Assembly (NCBI GenBank): GCA_044370175.1
Contig: JBILVZ010000003.1
Span: 1 to 61,810 of the forward strand
DNA length: 61,810 bases
Direction: 5' to 3'
Origin: Methylococcaceae bacterium
GTDB lineage: Bacteria; Patescibacteriota; Microgenomatia; UBA1400; PJMF01
Both the position numbers and the translations under genes were made by a program. The notes under the pieces were generated by a model. It saw only the letters and a program-made list of their open reading frames with translations, was not told the origin of the DNA and ran no database searches. This document shows, piece after piece, positions 1 to 8,253 of the stretch. Positions within the stretch are counted from its first letter, which is position 1, and the number at the start of each line of letters is the position of its first letter.

Positions 1-2
1 CT

Positions 3-149
3 GCACGTAATAAAATTACTGCTGCTATCATTGGTATTATCATCTTAGCTGCTGCCTACGCGCTCACTCAACTCGTCGCCTGGTTGCTCGGCTTTGGTGG
101 TCTAGGTGATGCTTTCACTAAAGTACAGCGGATTAATGTAGCCAAATAA
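3..149 (+). CDS. 3' end of a VirB2/TrbC-like (T4SS-type) pilin, truncated by window edge
   Basis: My translation ARNKITAAIIGIIILAAAYALTQLVAWLLGFGGLGDAFTKVQRINVAK* closely parallels the C-terminus of the next ORF (ARQRIVAALVGILILSAAYALAQLVAYLLGF). Confidence 0.8.
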   Translation, partial: ARNKITAAIIGIIILAAAYALTQLVAWLLGFGGLGDAFTKVQRINVAK

Positions 150-171
150 TTAACTTAAATACGTTCGTTAG

Positions 172-198
172 AAAACCCCTCCTCTTGGAGGGGTTTTT
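172..198 (+). terminator. Intrinsic terminator
   Basis: AAAACCCCTCC-TCTT-GGAGGGGTTTT(T): 11-bp stem running into a U-tract, 22 nt after the pilin stop. Confidence 0.85.
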
Positions 199-261
199 GG
201 TTCTTGCCACTTGATTGATCCTGTATACTATACGCTAGAGCTACAACAGCTCTCAAAACTT

Positions 262-780
262 ATGCGAAAACTCACACACGCACTTATCATCACCCTCACT
301 TTCCTACTGGGTATTACTCAGACCACCTTTGCCAGTGGTTTGAAACTGGTCAAAAATGGTGACACGTACTACCTGAGTACTGACTCAGAAACTAGTACTA
401 CAGCAACCACGACTAGCAAAGTTGTAGTAGTCAACAGCGCCACCGACTCAGCAACAGGAAGTAGTGTCTTTGGCACACCCATTGAAGCTCCACAAGGGTA
501 CACCACTGACTTTGGGGCATTTATCAACTTTGCACTCCAACTCATTATCACAATTGCCTTGCTGCTTGTTCTTTTCAACTTGATCATGGCAGGATTCCAA
601 TGGATTACTTCAGGTGGTGACAAAGGCAAAGTAGATGCAGCGCGCCAACGCATCGTGGCAGCACTGGTAGGCATACTGATCCTCTCAGCTGCCTATGCCT
701 TGGCTCAGCTCGTGGCATATCTCCTTGGGTTTGACTCATTCAACGATATCTTCTCTACCGTCAAACGTATCAACCCGTAA
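262..780 (+). CDS. VirB2/TrbC-like pilin with Ser/Thr-rich N-terminal extension
   Basis: Signal-peptide-like start MRKLTHALII..FA (ATG 262 preferred over TTG 211); C-terminal pilin core with two hydrophobic helices around the loop AGFQWITSGGDKGKVDAARQRI. Confidence 0.75.
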   Translation: MRKLTHALIITLTFLLGITQTTFASGLKLVKNGDTYYLSTDSETSTTATTTSKVVVVNSATDSATGSSVFGTPIEAPQGYTTDFGAFINFALQLIITIALLLVLFNLIMAGFQWITSGGDKGKVDAARQRIVAALVGILILSAAYALAQLVAYLLGFDSFNDIFSTVKRINP

Positions 781-878
781 AAACTTGAGTGAGGTATGTG
801 TTTGTGAAATCTTCACTCTAGAAAGCAAAAATCTAGTATAATAGAGAACTAGAATACAAATACACTCGAGTAGTACTT

Positions 879-1370
879 ATGAAGCAGCACTCATTTTTTC
901 GTTCAGCAGTTACTTTTGTTCGCGGATTTATTTTTGCGGTAGCGATTTTTGCTGCTGTAATCACCCCAGTCTATGCCCAGACCCAGGCTTGGACAGGAGT
1001 TTGTGTGGGGCCAGATAAACTCAATGAGAGCACTATTGCCACCGATGTGGCTACACTCCAAGGAGTTCAGTGTTTACTCGCCAATATCTTCACGATTATC
1101 CTAACAGTCATTGGTTTAGCTGGATTTGTAATGTTTATTGTTGGATCATTTAGATACCTCCTGTCTGGTGGCAACTCCAAAGGCACCGAAACAGCCAAAA
1201 ACACCTTCACCTTTATGGTGGTGGGTATCATTGTGGCTTTGAGTGGCTTTATTGTCTTGAGGCTCCTAGCTTCTTTCACTGGTATAGATATCCTCACCAA
1301 GATCGTTATTCCTTCAAGCAATCGAGGGTTACAAGGCGATACCTATCCAGGTGGCTCTGGAAGTCCGTAG
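879..1370 (+). CDS. VirB2/TrbC-like pilin
   Basis: Signal peptide (VYA|Q), then two hydrophobic helices flanking GSFRYLLSGGNSKGTETAKNT, the same loop motif as the neighbouring pilins. Confidence 0.75.
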   Translation: MKQHSFFRSAVTFVRGFIFAVAIFAAVITPVYAQTQAWTGVCVGPDKLNESTIATDVATLQGVQCLLANIFTIILTVIGLAGFVMFIVGSFRYLLSGGNSKGTETAKNTFTFMVVGIIVALSGFIVLRLLASFTGIDILTKIVIPSSNRGLQGDTYPGGSGSP

Positions 1371-1446
1371 TTTTAGCGCACCTTTCAGTCTTTTGTTAGT
1401 AAAATCTTCTCCAGCGAGTTAGCGACAATTAGGTATAATACAAGGT

Positions 1447-4400
1447 ATGTTTAAACTGAAGTTGTTCAGGTTGTTTTTTGTGGGCGCCATCTTTCTATTT
1501 GGTTTATTTTCACTTCGTGCACCAGCACAGGCTCAGTCTGTAGCCGATGGCTTGGCAAAAGAAATTGATGATTTTTTTGCAGTTGGGGCACAAGGCTACT
1601 TGGTATGGCAGTACTCGGGCAATAAAGGAAACGGACAGATTTTTGCAAGCGACCCCTATGCTTTTTTCCAAGGCACCCCAGATGGTGAAGCGATTTGCAA
1701 GGTTCTCCAGCAAAAGGCATCTGAAAACCCAGGCAAATTCCTAGGCGTGAATATGTGGGATGCAGGTGGCAGCGCGCACAGTCCTGAAAAAATAAAAGCC
1801 CACCTACAATGGCTGAACACCTCTTGTGGAACAACGGTCGTTCGCATCTTTGCAAAGGCCGGTGGCCCTGGTGGTGTTGAGAAAGTACTCAATGCTGCTG
1901 AGGGCACTAGAGTAAAAATCTTAGTTGCAGTGGGAGACTATAGTAACGGCAGTCCTGGACTTCCCTCTAAAGTAGGATCTGAGTGGTTCCCACAAACCCT
2001 CCAAGCATTTACTTCTCGCAACACTGGCAACGAGTTCTATGCTCAGGCAGCTGGTGTGGCTGCACTCAAAAACCACCCTGCCTATTGGGGCACTGAGGTA
2101 GCAAACGAAATCCACTGTCGTGGAGACGATGCTATCTTAGAAGATTACAAAAACTTAGGGGAAGCCTTTGCTCGCCTGTTTGGTGGACAAGTGGGATATG
2201 GACAAAAAGCAAGTGAAAACACTACTAAGTGTGATAGTCCTGGGGTACAGTTTGAGGGACAATCACACTTCCAGTACACCAACTCCCCTTCCAATATTAC
2301 CATTAGCTCCGCCCACTACTACAATCCCGCTGAAAAAGCACTCTCAATCGAGGCTGCCAAACAGGCAGTACAACAGGGAAAACTTTTTTACATTGGTGAA
2401 GCACCACCAAAACTGAATGCCGATGGCACCGATCCCACTAAAAACATCAATTATCAAACAATTCCTTATGATTTTGACCAATTTTACATCCACCCCATCA
2501 AAGGTATTAACCCCTCAAACAAAGATATCATCCGTGATGATCTCGTTAAACAAGGGTATGAAGCTCGCTGTGCTGGCCCCGGTTTTGATATTATCCTTGA
2601 CCAAAATGGGGCTGATGCCATGAAGAAGTTTCTCGATGTCCGCAATAGCCCTGGTGGAAATGGAGGCGTTTTGGGAGGAAACTCCATTGGCAAGTTTACG
2701 GGAACCTACGGCCCCAACCCTATTGGTGACCGTGTTGTTTCACTTCTGACAGTAGACTATAGAAAGTCCCTCGTCCCAGTCTTACGAGATGCGAATCGAC
2801 TCCCACAACTCAAGCGCTCACTCGAAGATTTTTACGGACATGGTCAAACAAACTCCCCCACCTACTCAGAAGCAGAATTGAAGTCTGGAGCAATCAACTC
2901 GCTCTTGACCAACAATCAGCGCTGCGTGCAGTCAGCTCTCTCTCTCTACCAACGCCAAGAGATGTGTAATAAGTTGGAAGACCCCAGTGCCTGTGCACTC
3001 TATGCTACGGAAGTACCCGACTCTGGGCTCACGGTAGAAGAACTACTCAAGCAGTTTAAGAGCTACTCATCTGGCTCCAAAGATTTTGAAAATGTCTGCA
3101 CCAAGTTGCTGGCAGGAGAAAACACCCCACTGCGCCGTGGCATGCTCCACCTGCCACTCCAGATTGATAATGCCTACCGTCTAGCATTTTTAGTCACCAC
3201 CATCCGTACAATCGTCCCCAACAGAAGATCAATGATGAACTTATTCCAACATCCACGCCGTGGACCGCTGGGTGAAGGCCCTGATCCCAAACATGTCGTA
3301 CTGGTTACTGCCTTTAAAGTACCCGATATTTTGACCAACAAAGGAACTATTGAAAACGAACCGTTTAGCGGCCATACCCCCTTTAATGATCCTGGTATGT
3401 TGACCCGAGATGTGCTGATTCCTTCAAAGATAAAACAGCAACTCGAGAAAGACGGCAATGCGGAGCGCAAGCAACTACTCGACATGGGACGCTATGTAGC
3501 ATCCATCCCACAAGATGACCAAACTATGGAGATTGAGTGTCAACTCTCTGGCATTGGCGGACAACAATGTCTAGACCCACTGTCCTGGGCACTAGTCGAT
3601 ATCATCAATGCACAAAGTCTCATTGAAAAGCAAAATGAAGACATCAATGATGATCGGCTGACGGCCACTCAAAAAGAGCAACTCTTTAAGCTCGATTGTG
3701 ATAGTGGTTTTGAGACGGTAGATTATATTTTAGATCCAGGCAAACTTGACCCCCGCGGTGATGCTGGACGGATTTTTAAGAAGGATTGGGGAGTAGCTAT
3801 CTTAGAAAACCTATTTACAGACGATACCCACATGCCTTCTGCCAATGCGCCACTTGACCCCACTTACTCTGACACCAATAACAGTAAAGTGAGCGATTTT
3901 CACTGGGGTCTCAAGTCAATTTTCCATGTTGTCGATGGCAATGAAGGTGCTTTTGGCAACTCAGAAGAAGGCAGAACTGTTCGCCAGTTTATCGTCTACC
4001 CCACCGGCTATGATCTCAAAACAGTTGAGGCAGTAGTTTCGGGCACTTTCTTCAGCAGCAACCAGATAGAAGCACTGCGTGAGAAATCCAAAAAGTACGA
4101 GTACTTGGAGATGAAGGATGGCAGCGTCGTCTTCACTGGCGGAGAGATAAGTCACTCGTTTGAAGATAAAACTGATTGTAGGACAATATACAAAACCGCT
4201 CCTAATGGTGATCTTATTCCGCATGAAGAGTGCCCCACCAAATCATTTGGCTTCCGCCTTGATACAAGCGAAGAACCAAAGCCAACTGGGGTACTGGGAG
4301 CTAAACTGGGCTACTGGACACATACCATCCAGCAGCAGTTACAAAAAGCTGCAGCTCTGACACACAAGTATTTAGAAAACTGTGACAGTACTGAAGATTT

Positions 4401-5049
4401 CTTGTTGGATGCTTGTGGTGGACCAACTATCTCCCAGGTAGCAGTTGGAGCAAATATTGCAGCTGATTTGGCCGATATTTCGAGTTTTCAGATTATGTAC
4501 TGGTACAATAAAAACATAATTTTCCAACCACCTTCACAAGAGCTTTGGGACGCAATTATGGCAGCTGCCCAAAAACATGGCTGCGACCCGTTTTTAGTAT
4601 TGGCTGTAGCAAACTCAGAAAGCCAAACCTACGATAATAGTGCTGTAAATGACTCAACTGGTGCTTCTGGAGTTTTTCAATTTACTGGCTCATGGAACTT
4701 ATGGTGGAAACCAAATGCAAGTGGCGTAAGACAATGTATGTTACACCAGCCCCCCACCTTCACAAGAGAAGGATTTGATTATAGTTCGCCCAAAAACATC
4801 CCGGCTGCCGCAGATGCTGCTTGCCGCTTACTACTATGGACAGGAGCACAAAGATATCCAGACAATAAAGCAGACTTTATTCGGGCTTTCTCACAACGGG
4901 GAGACAACCAATACGGCCAAATCTGGAATGCGCATGCGCCACAAGCCGAGTATGTCTGGCGATTATGGGGCGAGCTGGTGAAGCGAGCCAACAAAACAGC
5001 AGTTCCAGCGCCAGCAGGCTATCCATACCCCACTTGTATTAATCCGTAA
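1447..5049 (+). CDS. Secreted multidomain glycan hydrolase: GH5-like TIM barrel (apparently permuted) + unknown central region + C-terminal SLT lytic transglycosylase
   Basis: Signal peptide (AQA|Q). GH5 motifs: GVNMW, VVRIFA, EVANEIHC, SAHYY, YIGE. SLT motifs: AAQKHGCDPFLVLAVANSES and GASGVFQF. Confidence 0.7.
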   Translation: MFKLKLFRLFFVGAIFLFGLFSLRAPAQAQSVADGLAKEIDDFFAVGAQGYLVWQYSGNKGNGQIFASDPYAFFQGTPDGEAICKVLQQKASENPGKFLGVNMWDAGGSAHSPEKIKAHLQWLNTSCGTTVVRIFAKAGGPGGVEKVLNAAEGTRVKILVAVGDYSNGSPGLPSKVGSEWFPQTLQAFTSRNTGNEFYAQAAGVAALKNHPAYWGTEVANEIHCRGDDAILEDYKNLGEAFARLFGGQVGYGQKASENTTKCDSPGVQFEGQSHFQYTNSPSNITISSAHYYNPAEKALSIEAAKQAVQQGKLFYIGEAPPKLNADGTDPTKNINYQTIPYDFDQFYIHPIKGINPSNKDIIRDDLVKQGYEARCAGPGFDIILDQNGADAMKKFLDVRNSPGGNGGVLGGNSIGKFTGTYGPNPIGDRVVSLLTVDYRKSLVPVLRDANRLPQLKRSLEDFYGHGQTNSPTYSEAELKSGAINSLLTNNQRCVQSALSLYQRQEMCNKLEDPSACALYATEVPDSGLTVEELLKQFKSYSSGSKDFENVCTKLLAGENTPLRRGMLHLPLQIDNAYRLAFLVTTIRTIVPNRRSMMNLFQHPRRGPLGEGPDPKHVVLVTAFKVPDILTNKGTIENEPFSGHTPFNDPGMLTRDVLIPSKIKQQLEKDGNAERKQLLDMGRYVASIPQDDQTMEIECQLSGIGGQQCLDPLSWALVDIINAQSLIEKQNEDINDDRLTATQKEQLFKLDCDSGFETVDYILDPGKLDPRGDAGRIFKKDWGVAILENLFTDDTHMPSANAPLDPTYSDTNNSKVSDFHWGLKSIFHVVDGNEGAFGNSEEGRTVRQFIVYPTGYDLKTVEAVVSGTFFSSNQIEALREKSKKYEYLEMKDGSVVFTGGEISHSFEDKTDCRTIYKTAPNGDLIPHEECPTKSFGFRLDTSEEPKPTGVLGAKLGYWTHTIQQQLQKAAALTHKYLENCDSTEDFLLDACGGPTISQVAVGANIAADLADISSFQIMYWYNKNIIFQPPSQELWDAIMAAAQKHGCDPFLVLAVANSESQTYDNSAVNDSTGASGVFQFTGSWNLWWKPNASGVRQCMLHQPPTFTREGFDYSSPKNIPAAADAACRLLLWTGAQRYPDNKADFIRAFSQRGDNQYGQIWNAHAPQAEYVWRLWGELVKRANKTAVPAPAGYPYPTCINP

Positions 5050-5079
5050 TGAAAAATGTGTGCGGCTGTTGGCGAGCGA

Positions 5080-5979
5080 CTACATCAACCGCCCAGGAAT
5101 GTACTCTTTTGGTGGATTAAGTGAATCCATCTTTGCAGCTTTAGTCGCTCGTGTTCTTAGAGGTTTTGCTGTATTTTCACTGACTACTTCGTGGATCACT
5201 GCTCCATTTTGCTGAGTACGTGTCTCCTCATCTTTTATTTTGCGAAAACTTCGTCGTGCGCCAGCGCGCAAAAGCCTGGCAACCGTTTCAAAGGTTTCAG
5301 CTGAAGTGGCTGGTGAAGAGAGGTTCTTCGTACTTGCCTCTATCCCCGCCAGCAGATTGGTAGCTATATCACTATCAAGTGACACAGAGAGCTGCTGGAG
5401 CAACTGAGCTGCCACTTCACTCAGAGAGCTAGCTGAACTTGCATCAATTTTGTGGGTACCAAAAGACGGAGTATGCATCGCAAGCGAGACTGTTGGTACT
5501 TCTTGATAGAGCTGCTCGTACCCAAAGTACAACTGCTCCAAACTCTCCAAATCCTTTACCCCAACCAGAAAAATTGCATCGACCGCTGCCCCAGTGTATG
5601 AGAACTCGACAGTGCTTGTTTCAAGCGGCGATACACCAGGTTTAGGCTTGATAGTTAAGAAGAAGCGTTTACTCTCCTCACCAATGTGATAACTCACTTT
5701 GTCCACTTGATCTGGAGAGTAGGGAAAACTGATAGTGAGGTTTTGATTGCCGATTTCGTGGATGGTATGCTCCAAACCAGCAAGCGCAGTTGCCTCCTGC
5801 GTTTCTGGTTTTCGAGATGAAATGAGCTGGACTGCTTTTTCCTGTTGCGAGAGTCCAAGATACAAAGCAGCAGCTACCGCTCGCTGATCCAGAGAGGCTT
5901 CTGCTGGATACATAATGAAGATACTGCGCGCAGAATCAAGCAATTGTTGGAGTTGATTTGTGACAGTTTCATCAATCAT
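5080..5979 (-). CDS. NrnA/DHH-family phosphoesterase-like protein, catalytic motifs degenerate
   Basis: Retains ASSLSEV..IATNLLAGIEASTKNL..TSAETFETVARLLRAGAR typical of the NrnA DHH domain, but the DGD and DHH motifs are absent. Start at ATG 5979 (MIDETV) preferred. Confidence 0.6.
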   Translation of the reverse strand: MIDETVTNQLQQLLDSARSIFIMYPAEASLDQRAVAAALYLGLSQQEKAVQLISSRKPETQEATALAGLEHTIHEIGNQNLTISFPYSPDQVDKVSYHIGEESKRFFLTIKPKPGVSPLETSTVEFSYTGAAVDAIFLVGVKDLESLEQLYFGYEQLYQEVPTVSLAMHTPSFGTHKIDASSASSLSEVAAQLLQQLSVSLDSDIATNLLAGIEASTKNLSSPATSAETFETVARLLRAGARRSFRKIKDEETRTQQNGAVIHEVVSENTAKPLRTRATKAAKMDSLNPPKEYIPGRLM

Positions 5980-6094
5980 GAGGATCTCTTTTTTAAACAA
6001 AATATAAGTACTACTACTTGTTATCACACTATGCCAATTGTTGTCTAGAAGTACTTTTCACATTCTGCTCCAGTTTTGGTATACTATACGTACC

Positions 6095-7945
6095 ATGCTG
6101 AAACGGGTTTCACTCCTAGTGCTTTTTTTTGTTGTTAGCAGCCTCTCCTTAGTAGCCCTTGCTGCTCCCGTTTTTGCACAAAATACTGCTGCTGACCCCG
6201 TAGACACAAATGGCAATGGAATTGTAGACAACAAATATGGGTACCAGTACTCCATGGACGAATACGCACAGTACCAAGAAGCAGTGCAAAACTGTGACAC
6301 ACCTTCCTTAGAATGTTTGGTTCGGTATACCACCCGCTTTGCAGCCATGGAGTGGGCACAGGATATTGCTCAAGGGGGCATTAGCGGAGATGCTACAAAT
6401 AGTCAAAATCCCAGCGACTCTGGCAAGGGGGGAATATTTGCTAATGTTATTCAGCTTTCAAGTTATATGTACAGCAATCCTCCTGCGCATACTGCTACCT
6501 ACGTAGCCGATGTGATGGATACTGCTGGATTCGCTCAGCCTGCATATGCGCAAGGTTTGGGTTTTGCCTCACTTAATCCAGTATTAAACTTGTGGAAAGT
6601 ATTTCGTAATGTTGCATATTACTTTTTTATCGCCATCTTTGTAGTTATCGGTTTTATGATTATGCTGCGCAAACGTATCAGTGGCCAGGCAGTTGTAACT
6701 GCTCAGCAAGCAATTCCGTCTGTAATTATCAGCTTGATTTTAGTTACTTTTTCCTACGCAATCGCAGGCTTTCTAATAGATATGATGTATGTATTTATGT
6801 TCTTGATTGTGGGGCTTTTTGAAGGGATCAAGGTTGATATGGGGGGAGAGACATTGACTGGAACCAATTTAATAAACTTTAGTATCTTGCAGTTAATTGG
6901 ATTCCTGTTCCACGCCAACATGAACTCTCAGGCGGCTGGACTTAATATTAACTTGATACAGGGCATTTTGTCTGCTGCGACAGACACTTCAAATCTAGCA
7001 ACCTACATCACTAGTGTGATTGGAGGATTAACGCTGACGTTAGTACTAGCTGTTGCAGTATTAATTGGCGCTATCAGACTATTTTTTGAGTTACTCAAGT
7101 CATATGCAGCAATAATTTTGTACGTAGTGGCTAGCCCACTTATCTTGATGTTTGGCGCAATCCCAGGCAAGGACGTTTTCTGGCCATGGCTCAAGGGAAT
7201 TATTGGTAACCTAATTGCCTTCCCGACAGTTCTATTACTCTTGATCATCTACATTGAGTTTACTGGCAAGACAACAGGTTCTGCAGCAGTAACGGTAAGT
7301 GGTGGATCTGAGGGTGGTTTTATGCCCCCATTTCTTTTAGGAAATGGCACTGCTCCAGACCTAATTGGCCCACTACTTGGTTTGGCAATTATCTTGGGTT
7401 TACCAGATATTGTGAAGGAAGTTAAGAAAGCGGCAGGAGCTGGTGACGGTGGTATTGGCAGTATGTTAGCTGGATTTGCATGGGGAGGACTAAAAGCTGG
7501 ATGGAGTGGTAAAGCAGCAGATGGAACAAGCTTACCATTTGGAATTAGCGGTAGAGGGCTTGTAAAAACAGGTGCTATTTTGGGTGGGACTGCAGCAGCA
7601 GTTCCAATTACAGCAGCTTTGGGCGCGAAATATGCACCTCAATGGGGGTATTCTAGAGCACAAGGAGCAGCAGCTGGAGCAACAGCTCCTATTGCCGCTA
7701 TTACAGCATTAGGACCTGGAAGAGCTATTATAGATAAAGTTGGAGGTGGATTTAAGTCACTTCGCAAAAACTTCCAAGGTCTTCAAGAAATGCAAAATGT
7801 TGTTACGACTACTATGGCTACAAGAAATAATCGACCAAGCTCAAGCACAACTTCACAACCACCGACAGCTACAACTCCTATAGTTGCTCCAGAAAGTGCT
7901 GGCGCACAAGCAGATGTACGAAATGATAGAGTTGAACGCTTATAA
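6095..7945 (+). CDS. Polytopic membrane protein, VirB6/TrbL-like candidate
   Basis: Signal peptide, ~7-9 hydrophobic helices (WKVFRNVAYYFF..., LFFELLKSYAAIILYVVASPLILMFGAIPG) and a Gly/Ala-rich tail; T4SS-like context. ATG 6095 follows TGGTATACT. Confidence 0.5.
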   Translation: MLKRVSLLVLFFVVSSLSLVALAAPVFAQNTAADPVDTNGNGIVDNKYGYQYSMDEYAQYQEAVQNCDTPSLECLVRYTTRFAAMEWAQDIAQGGISGDATNSQNPSDSGKGGIFANVIQLSSYMYSNPPAHTATYVADVMDTAGFAQPAYAQGLGFASLNPVLNLWKVFRNVAYYFFIAIFVVIGFMIMLRKRISGQAVVTAQQAIPSVIISLILVTFSYAIAGFLIDMMYVFMFLIVGLFEGIKVDMGGETLTGTNLINFSILQLIGFLFHANMNSQAAGLNINLIQGILSAATDTSNLATYITSVIGGLTLTLVLAVAVLIGAIRLFFELLKSYAAIILYVVASPLILMFGAIPGKDVFWPWLKGIIGNLIAFPTVLLLLIIYIEFTGKTTGSAAVTVSGGSEGGFMPPFLLGNGTAPDLIGPLLGLAIILGLPDIVKEVKKAAGAGDGGIGSMLAGFAWGGLKAGWSGKAADGTSLPFGISGRGLVKTGAILGGTAAAVPITAALGAKYAPQWGYSRAQGAAAGATAPIAAITALGPGRAIIDKVGGGFKSLRKNFQGLQEMQNVVTTTMATRNNRPSSSTTSQPPTATTPIVAPESAGAQADVRNDRVERL

Positions 7946-8253
7946 ACTAGTTATTAAAGACCTATGAATAAACTTTTCAAAAAGATTCATACTGTTTTTG
8001 TAGGTCTCACAGATAATCTTAATCCGAATAATGAGAGGATTGCATTTCTTCAAGAAGATACAGCATCGCACACTTTACCCACAATGCCTTTTCAAGAGGT
8101 GGTTATTCCAATTGTAACATCAATTACTGCTAGTAAAAGAAACTCTGTTATTGAAAGAATTTAAGGACAGTTGACTTGCAACTTATTGCATAAATTCAAG
8201 AAAAAAATATTAGTCTATTAATTTTATTTACACAGTACAAAAACAACTTGTTA

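Noticed and set aside
211-6094. Track start codons 211, 6027 (minus) and 6038
   Set aside because: Downstream starts (262, 5979, 6095) give signal-peptide or family-like N-termini; the longer versions overlap promoter elements or the divergent gene's upstream region.
7964-8164. 66-aa ORF after the VirB6-like gene
   Set aside because: No motif or clear SD in AT-rich DNA; cannot be supported or excluded.
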